A program made the position numbers and the translations under genes. A DNA stretch of 32,000 nucleotides from Planctomycetota bacterium (lineage in GTDB: Bacteria > Planctomycetota > Planctomycetia > Pirellulales > Lacipirellulaceae). Shown in pieces: positions 8,988 through 17,043 of this stretch. Where the stretch lies: NCBI GenBank assembly GCA_029781135.1, contig JAKOXH010000031.1:112697-144696 (forward strand), given 5' to 3'. Below the pieces are notes generated by a model. It worked only from the letters and a program-made list of their open reading frames with translations. It was not told where the DNA came from and did not search any database. The stretch's first letter is position 1. Every line of letters begins with the position of its first letter.

Positions 8988-11501
8988 ATGGATACCACCC
9001 GAATGTCACGCGCGGCATTGGCAGCGATGTTCATCGTCATCGGGTCATCGCACATTGCGACCACCTTCGCGCAAACCTTCTGGACCGCTGGCACCGGTGA
9101 CTGGAACACGGCGAGCAATTGGAGCCTCGGTGTTCCTGACGCGGGTGGCGGAACCGCGTTCGATGCGGTGATTGAAAACGGCGGTACCGCGCAACTCCTC
9201 GGCCTGCCGGCCGGCAGCGTACGACGGCTCCGCGTGGGGCGCACCGCCGGCGGCGGTCATTTGGTCGTCGATGGCGTGCCTTTGACCGTGACCGAAAACC
9301 TGCATCTCAACGAAACCAGTTCCGCGCCGGCCTCGGTGACCGTGCAAAACGGCGCCACCGTATCGTCGCCGAGCACGATCGTGGGCTATTCCAGCACTCC
9401 CAACACTGATTTCACGATCACCGGAGCAGGCACCACATTCAACGCGGCAACGCAATTTATCGTGGGAAACTCGGGCGCGGGAACTGCCTCGCTCACCGTC
9501 GACGCAGGGGCCGTGCTCACCAGCGGCACGGGCTGGGTCGGTAACGGCTCGGGAGCAACGGGTGTGGCGCTTGTCCGCAACCCCGGCTCCACGTGGTCGA
9601 CCGCCACCACGCTCACCGTGGGCAACACCGGGACCGGCACACTGACGATTGAAGACCAAGGCGTGGTATTCGTTGGTACGGCCCTTGGAATCAACAGCGC
9701 GAGCACCGTCAATCTCAACGGGGGCACGCTCCGCTTCAATACGGTCGGCGGCGCCGGCGGCCTGAGCCGCCTCAATTACACCGCCGGCACGATCCAGCTT
9801 GCCGGCAACCGCGAGATGCTGTTCGATACCACCATTCTTGCCATTTACGGCTCGTCGCCGGTGATTCCCACGGGGAAGGAACTGATTGTCGAAGGAACGA
9901 CCACGGTCCATCAGGATAAGACGCTGAGTGTGAATGGCGGTAGTTTCATTTCACAGGGCCTGCTAACCGTTGGAGCCATGAATTCCGGCAGCGGCACGTT
10001 GCTTGTTTCCTTGGCCGGTACCGCCCAGGCGAAATCTGGTGCGGTCGTCGACCAGTTCGGTTTTGTCCGCGTGAACGGTGCAGGATCGAGTTGGAACGTC
10101 ACCGGCAATCTCAACATCGCTTCCGTCACCCGCGGCGACCTGGTAATCGACAACCAGGGCAGTGTCTACGTCACCGGTGCACTGACACTTGGCTTTTCCA
10201 GCCATTTCACGCTCAATGGCGGCACGATCCGCTTCAACGGCTACAGCCGCACCATACCGTCATCATTGTTCTTCTATCCGGCGGGCACGGTTCAACTTGC
10301 CGGGGATAGGACGATTGGAGGCGATGCGGCGATCCAGGACTTCTTTGGTGCGGCACCCAACATCCCAACGGGCAAAGCGCTCGTAGTGGAAGGCACGGCC
10401 CTGCTAACCTCCACGACGCCCGTGATACTTTCGGGCGGCACCCTCGGCGCGGATACACTACTGCTCTCGCCCGCTAGCCATTTGACGACCGTGCAGCCGT
10501 CCCAAGTATCGGGGGTGGTCCTCGCCCTGGCCGGCTCCGTGATCGATACGACGAACCAGAACCTTTCGCTCGGCGATGCGGCCAAAGTGAACGGCTTTTA
10601 CAGTAATGGCACGTTGCGCGTGGGACAGTCCACTGTGACGCTTCTCGACGCCAACGACGCGGTGTTCGACTCGGCCGCGCTCGTCACGCTCGGTTCCGGG
10701 GGTAGCCCGGGGACAATGGACGCGGCCAACGGCCTGACGCTCGACTTCGGCGGCAACATCCTCGGGACGGGTACGATCAGCACGCCCAACGACATTGCCA
10801 AGCCGCTCATCGTCAATGGCCACATTACGGGCGACAGCGTCGCGCAGTCCATCACGCTCCCCGGCTACGTCAAAGGCGTTGGCACATTCGACAACGTAAA
10901 TTTCACGGGTACGTTTTCACCGGGCCTGTCGCCGACGATTCTCGCCGTGGGCAACGTCGCACTCGCGCCCACCAGTACGCTCGTAATGGAACTAGGCGGC
11001 ACAACGCCCGGCGGCGGCTACGATCAAATCCGATCCTCCGGCGCACTTGCGTTGGGCGGCACGCTGCAGGTGTCACTGATAAATGGCTTCACGCCGGCAG
11101 CCGGCGAGTCATTTAACCTGTTCGATTGGACCGGCACGAGTGGGACATTCGCCACACTCGCCCTGCCGGCGCTTGGCAGCGGCCTCGCCTGGAACACCGC
11201 GCAGCTCTACGCGACCGGCGTCCTCAGCGTAATCGGTGTCGGGCTGCCCGGCGACTACAACAACAACGGCGTGGTCGATGCTGCCGACTATGTACTATGG
11301 CGCAAGAGTCCCAGCTCTTATGGCGGCAGCCCGGCCGGCTACGACACCTGGCGCGCTAATTTCGGCCGAACTGCGGGCAGCGGCGCCAGTTCCGCGCTCT
11401 CCGTCGACACTGCGGTTCCCGAACCAACGAGTTGCGTGTTACTTTTGCTCGCCGCCTTCGTCGTAGGCGGCGTTCATCGATTGAAGAATTTCTTGGCTTG
11501 A
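8988..11501 (+). CDS. Repeat-rich beta-helix-type surface protein (autotransporter/PEP-CTERM-associated repeats) with dockerin-like module and PEP-CTERM anchor
   Basis: Signal peptide MDTTRMSRAALAAMFIVIGSSHIATTFA and an N-terminal W..GTGDWNTASNWS. Has repeated G.GTLTI..QG.V.V...L.....TVNLNGGTLRFN units, GDYNNNGVVDAADYVLWR, and a C-terminal VPEPTSCVLLLLAAFVVGGVHRLK. Confidence 0.8.
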   Translation: MDTTRMSRAALAAMFIVIGSSHIATTFAQTFWTAGTGDWNTASNWSLGVPDAGGGTAFDAVIENGGTAQLLGLPAGSVRRLRVGRTAGGGHLVVDGVPLTVTENLHLNETSSAPASVTVQNGATVSSPSTIVGYSSTPNTDFTITGAGTTFNAATQFIVGNSGAGTASLTVDAGAVLTSGTGWVGNGSGATGVALVRNPGSTWSTATTLTVGNTGTGTLTIEDQGVVFVGTALGINSASTVNLNGGTLRFNTVGGAGGLSRLNYTAGTIQLAGNREMLFDTTILAIYGSSPVIPTGKELIVEGTTTVHQDKTLSVNGGSFISQGLLTVGAMNSGSGTLLVSLAGTAQAKSGAVVDQFGFVRVNGAGSSWNVTGNLNIASVTRGDLVIDNQGSVYVTGALTLGFSSHFTLNGGTIRFNGYSRTIPSSLFFYPAGTVQLAGDRTIGGDAAIQDFFGAAPNIPTGKALVVEGTALLTSTTPVILSGGTLGADTLLLSPASHLTTVQPSQVSGVVLALAGSVIDTTNQNLSLGDAAKVNGFYSNGTLRVGQSTVTLLDANDAVFDSAALVTLGSGGSPGTMDAANGLTLDFGGNILGTGTISTPNDIAKPLIVNGHITGDSVAQSITLPGYVKGVGTFDNVNFTGTFSPGLSPTILAVGNVALAPTSTLVMELGGTTPGGGYDQIRSSGALALGGTLQVSLINGFTPAAGESFNLFDWTGTSGTFATLALPALGSGLAWNTAQLYATGVLSVIGVGLPGDYNNNGVVDAADYVLWRKSPSSYGGSPAGYDTWRANFGRTAGSGASSALSVDTAVPEPTSCVLLLLAAFVVGGVHRLKNFLA

Positions 11502-11521
11502 TCTTCGGCCTCGGAAGGAGC

Positions 11522-11644
11522 TTTCAATTCGAGCCTTTAGGCAACTTCTTTACGAACCCGGCTGCTTCCAAACCTGGCACCCCCATTTTCAATCGCGCTG
11601 CGACATTACGCGACACTTGGGCGAAGGAAGCTGGGAAAGACGAG
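11522..11644 (+). pseudogene. Detached second copy of the glnS 3' end (last 40 codons)
   Basis: Translates [40 protein letters not shown] versus the glnS C-terminus [40 protein letters not shown]. The stop is replaced by gag. Confidence 0.85.
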
Positions 11645-11695
11645 GAATTTCGGCCAATTTCATCGGCAATTTTCGTGGAACTCCCTCCCGTCGAG

Positions 11696-11704
11696 TGGTA
11701 TAAT
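11696..11704 (+). promoter_or_regulatory. Extended -10 promoter element (TGGTATAAT) upstream of the second surface-protein gene
   Basis: tggtataat is a perfect TGnTATAAT, 64 nt upstream of ATG 11768. The -35 is weak (tggaac). Confidence 0.4.
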
Positions 11705-11767
11705 CACCACCCGCTAGTGTACCGCAGCGGTAACTCGCTTTCTCGCTTTGGGAGGCAGTGGTTGGCA

Positions 11768-14700
11768 ATGATTCGTCGGCAAATGACTCGCAGTTCCGTT
11801 TTCGTAGTTATGGCATTTGCTTCGTCGCTCCTGCTGCCGAATTCGGCTCGCGCCACCAAGTTCTGGAAGAACAGTGTCACGAGCGGCAACTGGTCCAATG
11901 GAAATAACTGGAGTGCCGTCTCCGCCGCTGGGGCCGATAACGGCGGCGTGCCGGTGGCAAGTGAACAAACGCGGATCGTAAATACGGATGGCGTGGCGCG
12001 CACGGTAACGCTCGATACGAATACACCGTCGCTCGGACTCGTAGCCATCGACCTCACGGGTGCCGGTACAACAGCCAACACGCTCTCAATTCCTAACAAC
12101 AACACAATGACCGTGGGTGCCATGGCAGTGGGTGGCCACAATGGCGTCACGACCACCAACGGTCGAGGCGCGCTGACGCAAGCCAACGGCTCCGTCACGA
12201 TTAGTTCGGGGCTCGACCTGGTGGTTGGCTGGGGCGCGGGCTCCACCGGCACATACACCTTAAGCGGCGGGTCGCTCACCGCGCCACAATCGGAATTCAT
12301 CGGTTCCTCGGGAACCGGCACGTTCAATCACTCCGGGGGCACGAACACAATTTTGGCCGGCGCAATCGGCTATTTGAATGTTGGCACGTCCTCTGGCGCC
12401 ATGGGGAATTACAACCTTAGCGGCACGGGACAGCTCATCTCGAACAAATCGGAATACATCGGCGACGCCGGCGCTGGCAACTTCGTTCAAACCGGTGGTT
12501 CAAACACCATTGTGGGCACTGGCAACAGCCTGTATCTCGGATACAGCACAACAAATACTAGCCCTACCGGTGGCACGTACGCACTTAGCTCCGGCTCGCT
12601 CACGGTTAGTGGCCAAATGTACGTCGGGTATAACAAGGTGGGGGCATTTAACCAAAGTGGCGGCACAGTGAATATAAATGGCCATACCACCGAAGATCTC
12701 GTAATTAGCGGTGCGGGAAGTGCAACTGGCAGCTTTAATCAAACCGGGGGAACATTCCATGCCGAGGGACTCGTGAAGGTCGGCTACACGGGACTTGGAA
12801 GCCTCGTCATCGATGGGCAAGATTCGGACTTTTCAGCGCTTTTCATCGAAATCGGGCAGTATGGTACTGGCAATATGGTTGTTAGTGGAGGAGCTTCGGC
12901 AACTTTTAATCTGGACGTCGATCTTGCTTTCAACGGCACCGCCCATGTTACGGTGAAGGATCCCGGATCTCTCCTGCAAACAAACAGCTATCTAGTGCTT
13001 GGCAATGGCGGAGTGGGTACCTTGGATATTCAAAATCAAGGCGTTGTCAGCATTGGGACGGATTTGATTGTTCATCTCAATAGTGCGGTCAATGTGATTG
13101 GCGGCACGCTACGCCTCAACAGCATTGATACTGGAGACATGGACCGAGTGAACTATTCGTCTGGAACAATCCAGCTTATCGGTAACCGTACGGTTGGCAG
13201 CGCGTCGGGCGATGCGATCGTTTCTCACTTTTTTGGCGGCGCTCCTACGATTCCGATTGGAAAAGGGTTGACTGTGGAGGGTACGGCGACGCTTCTGACT
13301 TCTACCGTGATCGACGGCGGCACATTTTCCGTCGGTCAACTGGCGAACGCAGCCAACTTGGGAATGAATCGGGGTACATTCAACCTCACCAACCAAGCCC
13401 TGACGATCGGTGCGGGCGGAACATTCGGCAGCACGCTCGATATTAACACTGGCATGACCGTCAACGTGACCCTCGGCACCACGAACCAAGGCCTCGTCAC
13501 GGGCGACGGCGAAATCGGCGGTACGTTCACCAACGCGGCGGCCGGCGAGCTGCGCGGCGAGCCGGGAAAGTCGCTGAAGTTAACGGGCGCAAGCAACACG
13601 AACGCCGGTCAAATCAACTTGCTCGGTGGGCTCGTCGAATACACGCAAGGACTGACCAACAACGCCGGCGGCTTTATCTCGGGCAATGGCACACTGAAAA
13701 CGAACGCTCTCACCAACAGCGGTACGATGAATTTCAGCGGCCTCGCGAACATCGTCGGCGATGTCACGAATAACGCCGGTGGGAAAATCATCTCTTCCGG
13801 CGGTGGACCTACGACGTTCTTCGACGATGTCACGAATAACGGCGAGATTCGAACGACGTCCGGCTCTTTTACGGTCTTCTACGGTGCTGCCACGGGTTCT
13901 GGCACGTACACCGGGCTGGGCACGGTGAACTTCGAAGGTGATCTCAAGCCAGGGAACAGCCCGGCCGCTGTCCACTTCGACGGAGACGTCGTTCTTGGCA
14001 CAGCGTCGACACTTCGTATGGAATTAGGCGGCAGTACCGTTGGCAGCCAATACGATCAAATCAATGTGGCGGGCAAGCTCACGCTCGGCGGCACACTGGA
14101 AATAACACTGATCAATGGTTTCATTCCCACCCTAGGTCAGTCGTTTGATTTGTTGAATTGGGGAACCGTGGCCGGTGCCTTTGCATCGCTCCAATTGCCC
14201 TCGGTGCCCGGCCTCGTCTGGAACACGTCGCAGCTTAGTGCTGGAATTGTAAGTATTGTGGCAGCCGGCATTCCTGGCGATTACAACAACAACGGCGTCG
14301 TCGATGCAGCCGATTATGTGCTGTGGCGCGAGAATCCCAGCGCCTACGGCGGAAGCCCGGCGGGCTACAACACGTGGCGTACCAATATTGGCCAAACCGC
14401 GGGAAGTGGTACTGGGTCGTCCCTTGGTTTCACAGACACTTCCGTTCCCGAACCGGCTGGAATCGTGCTACTCGCAGTCGCTGCCGCCAGCCTGCTTGGC
14501 GCCCGAAAGGCATTCAGCATGTTAAGAACTGCTGCGCTAGCGTGCCTGGTTTCCTTATTGGTAACGTCGCGGTTAACGTTCGCCGGAACGGTAATCACTG
14601 CCAACTTGCCGCCCAATACGGCCATCGTCAACATCGATGCGAAGCAGGATGGCGCGGCAACTTGGAACAGCGGCCAAGACAGTTGGTTCCATCCATTCTT

Positions 14701-15637
14701 CACAGGCGGGGCCACGGGGCTGCTGCAGTACGCCATCGCCCCAGGAACGTATCAATTCCGCTTGACGAACCCTTCGCTGGCCGCAACGCAGTTTCCTGCG
14801 CTCACCGCTGGCCAACTCTCCCAAATTTTCACGGCATGGACGTATAACTCACCGTGGATCACCGACTACTTCGTTTTCGACAGTGCCGGCGCCACCAATT
14901 TTTCCGTTCCGCAAATTTTCGCGGGAGCGATTCGGCCGAGCGGACTCACCGGAGGAACCGGCTCTGCCACCGAGGCCTTCAACTTGGCCACCACGTACGA
15001 ATTCGACGATGTGATCGTCAAACAGCCCGGTGGGCGAATTACCGGCGTTCGCACGACGCTCTATACGTTCACCGCACCAGAAACGCTCACCTTTGCCGTT
15101 CCCGACAATATCCTCTCCGATAATAACGGTGGAATATCAGTCGTTATCAGCCAGGTCGCAGGCGTCGGCGTCCCCGGCGACTACAACAACAACGGCGGCG
15201 TCGACGCGGCCGACTACGTTCTGTGGCGCAACGGCGGCCCGTTAGCGAATGAAGTTGATGCACCGGGGACTGTCAACGCGCAGGATTACATGGAATGGCG
15301 AAACCGCTTTGGCAACACGAGCGGCAGCGCCGCGCTCGCGGGTCATTCAACAGTCCCTGAGCCGGGAATTGGCGGCCTCATATTCGTGCTCTGCGTTACG
15401 CTGGGAATATTCAATCGCACGGCGACACGATGCGATACGTTAGCGAATGAATTTGGAAGGAAACCAATGGCCTGCCATCGACAAAGGATACGTAAAACCA
15501 CGGGACGCGTCCTTCCGTCAACCCCTTCGAAAGCCAGCCCTTCCGTAGCTGCGGCGAACTCTCGTCTCTTAAAGCCAACGTCGAACGCGCGCTCGGTATT
15601 CATCGTACTGGATGCCGAACGTTCCTTGGAGTTTTGA
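11768..15637 (+). CDS. Dockerin/PEP-CTERM surface protein ORF: two gene-like units fused without a stop (unit B 11768-14518, unit C 14519-15637)
   Basis: GGGAGG lies 12 nt before ATG 11768, followed by signal peptide MIRRQMTRSSVFVVMAFASSLLLPNSARA. Unit B is a paralog of 8988-11501 and ends in VPEPAGIVLLAVAAASLLGARKAFS. It is followed in frame by a new signal-like MLRTAALACLVSLLVTSRLTFAG. Unit C has its own GDYNNNGGVDAADYVLWR and VPEPGIGGLIFVLCVTLG. Confidence 0.7.
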   Translation: MIRRQMTRSSVFVVMAFASSLLLPNSARATKFWKNSVTSGNWSNGNNWSAVSAAGADNGGVPVASEQTRIVNTDGVARTVTLDTNTPSLGLVAIDLTGAGTTANTLSIPNNNTMTVGAMAVGGHNGVTTTNGRGALTQANGSVTISSGLDLVVGWGAGSTGTYTLSGGSLTAPQSEFIGSSGTGTFNHSGGTNTILAGAIGYLNVGTSSGAMGNYNLSGTGQLISNKSEYIGDAGAGNFVQTGGSNTIVGTGNSLYLGYSTTNTSPTGGTYALSSGSLTVSGQMYVGYNKVGAFNQSGGTVNINGHTTEDLVISGAGSATGSFNQTGGTFHAEGLVKVGYTGLGSLVIDGQDSDFSALFIEIGQYGTGNMVVSGGASATFNLDVDLAFNGTAHVTVKDPGSLLQTNSYLVLGNGGVGTLDIQNQGVVSIGTDLIVHLNSAVNVIGGTLRLNSIDTGDMDRVNYSSGTIQLIGNRTVGSASGDAIVSHFFGGAPTIPIGKGLTVEGTATLLTSTVIDGGTFSVGQLANAANLGMNRGTFNLTNQALTIGAGGTFGSTLDINTGMTVNVTLGTTNQGLVTGDGEIGGTFTNAAAGELRGEPGKSLKLTGASNTNAGQINLLGGLVEYTQGLTNNAGGFISGNGTLKTNALTNSGTMNFSGLANIVGDVTNNAGGKIISSGGGPTTFFDDVTNNGEIRTTSGSFTVFYGAATGSGTYTGLGTVNFEGDLKPGNSPAAVHFDGDVVLGTASTLRMELGGSTVGSQYDQINVAGKLTLGGTLEITLINGFIPTLGQSFDLLNWGTVAGAFASLQLPSVPGLVWNTSQLSAGIVSIVAAGIPGDYNNNGVVDAADYVLWRENPSAYGGSPAGYNTWRTNIGQTAGSGTGSSLGFTDTSVPEPAGIVLLAVAAASLLGARKAFSMLRTAALACLVSLLVTSRLTFAGTVITANLPPNTAIVNIDAKQDGAATWNSGQDSWFHPFFTGGATGLLQYAIAPGTYQFRLTNPSLAATQFPALTAGQLSQIFTAWTYNSPWITDYFVFDSAGATNFSVPQIFAGAIRPSGLTGGTGSATEAFNLATTYEFDDVIVKQPGGRITGVRTTLYTFTAPETLTFAVPDNILSDNNGGISVVISQVAGVGVPGDYNNNGGVDAADYVLWRNGGPLANEVDAPGTVNAQDYMEWRNRFGNTSGSAALAGHSTVPEPGIGGLIFVLCVTLGIFNRTATRCDTLANEFGRKPMACHRQRIRKTTGRVLPSTPSKASPSVAAANSRLLKPTSNARSVFIVLDAERSLEF
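15407..15466 (+). pseudogene. Third, more degraded copy of the glnS 3' end (last 20 codons), fused to the end of unit C
   Basis: IFNRTATRCDTLANEFGRK versus gln[23 protein letters not shown] atattcaatcgcacggcgaca versus attttcaatcgcacggcaacg. Confidence 0.65.
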
Positions 15638-16045
15638 TTCTTCCAGCGGAATCACGATCCAGTTAACGTACGCGATCGCCACGGGCAGAAAAACGATCGG
15701 CCAGAAGTGGCTTAACAGCAGAGCCTCACCGAGGTACGCGATTGTGAGACCGATATACATGGGGTTCCGCGTGAAGCGATACGGGCCCCAAGTGACCATC
15801 TGCGAGGAAATTTTACCGGGAACCGTCGTCGTGTGAGCCCGCCAGAAAGTCACCAGTCCCCAACCGGCGACGACAACACCGACGCCTAAGGTGACGCCAC
15901 CGACGATGCTTACATCGGGCACTTGTTCCACAATTCGCAATGGGTACGCTCGTTCCACGGCGAAGCCGATCAGGTACACGAGCACGAATATCCACGGCAC
16001 GGGAAGACGTAACAGAAATCGGATTGGGTTGCGAGTGGGCTCCAT
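15569..16045 (-). CDS. Isoprenylcysteine carboxyl methyltransferase (ICMT/PEMT) family membrane protein
   Basis: ATG at 16045. Multi-TM protein with TWGPYRFTRNPMYIG and a C-terminal EE..L...FG..Y..Y...V.RW pattern. Confidence 0.8.
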   Translation of the reverse strand: MEPTRNPIRFLLRLPVPWIFVLVYLIGFAVERAYPLRIVEQVPDVSIVGGVTLGVGVVVAGWGLVTFWRAHTTTVPGKISSQMVTWGPYRFTRNPMYIGLTIAYLGEALLLSHFWPIVFLPVAIAYVNWIVIPLEESKLQGTFGIQYDEYRARVRRWL

Positions 16046-16110
16046 GATTGCGACTTCGATATGCCTGGTTCGCGGCGACACTTGGCAAGCTTACCATGGC
16101 TGAGCAATGC

Positions 16111-16229
16111 TTCGCAGGCGTCAGGCTTCAGCCTGACCAGTTTTGCGGCGGGATGCCCTATCGTCAGGCTAAAGCCTGACCTACGTTGCGTTACCAATAC
16201 TCGTACCGCAGGAACAGTTCTTGTTCGCG
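16111..16229. repeat. 119-bp direct repeat, copy 1 (two REP-like palindromes plus a remnant of the ABC gene's last 13 codons and stop)
   Basis: Over the 110 nt I aligned base by base, I counted 9 mismatches against 16925-17043, at a constant 814-nt offset. The reverse strand of 16191-16232 reads NREQELFLRYEYW*. Confidence 0.8.
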
Positions 16230-16242
16230 GTTGTAAAAGCGA

Positions 16243-16587
16243 CTAGAGTCGTTCTGCCCCAAGGATAAGCGCCAGTTGGTCGCGGAGCGTGGGAACCTTA
16301 TTCACGACGACATCCCAAACGATGTCGTAATCAACGGCAAAGTAGCCGTGAATGAGCCGGTCACGCATGCCTACGACGGTTTGCCAAGGTACTGTCGGGT
16401 GCTTATCCCGAAATGACTGCGGAATCCCCTTGGCCGCATCGCCGAGAATTTCAATACTGCGGACGAAAGCCCGGCGGCGAGTCTCATCGGCGAGAAACTG
16501 TTGCCGGTCGATGCGTTGAGATTCGACGACGAGATACTCCGTTTCGTCGAGCATGTGTTGCGCCAAATCAGTCACCGAGTTCGACAT
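16243..16587 (-). CDS. hepT: HepT (DUF86/HEPN) ribonuclease toxin of a type VII TA pair
   Basis: ATG at 16587 overlaps the mntA end by 20 nt. RX4HXY motif in GMRDRLIHGYFAVDYDIVWDVV. Confidence 0.85.
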   Translation of the reverse strand: MSNSVTDLAQHMLDETEYLVVESQRIDRQQFLADETRRRAFVRSIEILGDAAKGIPQSFRDKHPTVPWQTVVGMRDRLIHGYFAVDYDIVWDVVVNKVPTLRDQLALILGAERL

Positions 16588-16884
16588 CCTCGACCTCGGC
16601 AAGAATTCGTGGGCCGATGTAAGGGCTTAGCGACTCGGTTGTCACAAGTTCCACGCGTCGCTGCAACACGCTTTCCAGCAAATCGGCCAGGGCCATGAAG
16701 TTATCGAACGTCTTTTCACCCGCGCGAAATTCGACCAACAGATCGACGTCGCTATTTGGCTCGCATCGTTTCGCGCGAACGAACCGAATAGCCCGAGCCG
16801 GCGAACGCCGTGGGACCGGATTCGCCTCGGCTCCTGGGCGAGGCGTTGCAGCAAATCGTGTTTTTCGGTGACGGCTGCGACCAT
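16568..16884 (-). pseudogene. mntA: MntA-type nucleotidyltransferase antitoxin, interrupted by a 1-nt frameshift
   Basis: The N-terminal frame (ATG 16884) gives ...GVRRLGLFGSFARNDA. The C-terminal frame gives EPNSDVDLLVEF...RRVELVT. The frames join only if one base is added near 16762/16763. Confidence 0.75.
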
Positions 16885-16924
16885 ATCTTGATTCTAGCAC
16901 GTAACATCTGGACTTTCACGTCCC

Positions 16925-17043
16925 GATTCGTAGGTCAGGCTTCAGCCTGACCAGTTTTGCAGTGGGATGCTGTATCGTCAGACTAAAGCCTGACCTACGT
17001 TGCGTTACCAATACACGTATCGCAGGAACAGCTCTTGTTCACG
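16925..17043. repeat. 119-bp direct repeat, copy 2 (overlaps the true 3' end of the ABC gene)
   Basis: See 16111-16229. Contains gtcaggcttcagcctgac and gtcagactaaagcctgac hairpins, plus codons EREQELFLRYVYW*. Confidence 0.8.

Noticed and set aside
9045-9911. 288-aa - strand ORF
   Set aside because: It is antisense to the surface-protein gene and has an Arg/Gly/Ala-rich composition typical of shadow frames.
11432-11767. Upstream extension of the 1401-aa ORF
   Set aside because: The extension starts inside the previous gene in another frame and consists of the detached glnS-tail copy. The real start is most likely ATG 11768, which has GGGAGG upstream and a signal peptide.
8860-16924. Integrase, transposase or recombinase that could explain the bracketed cargo regions
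   Set aside because: I examined all six frames of the cargo segments. The only coding content is surface proteins, the ICMT gene and the TA pair. The mobility mechanism therefore remains unsupported by any enzyme gene in this window.
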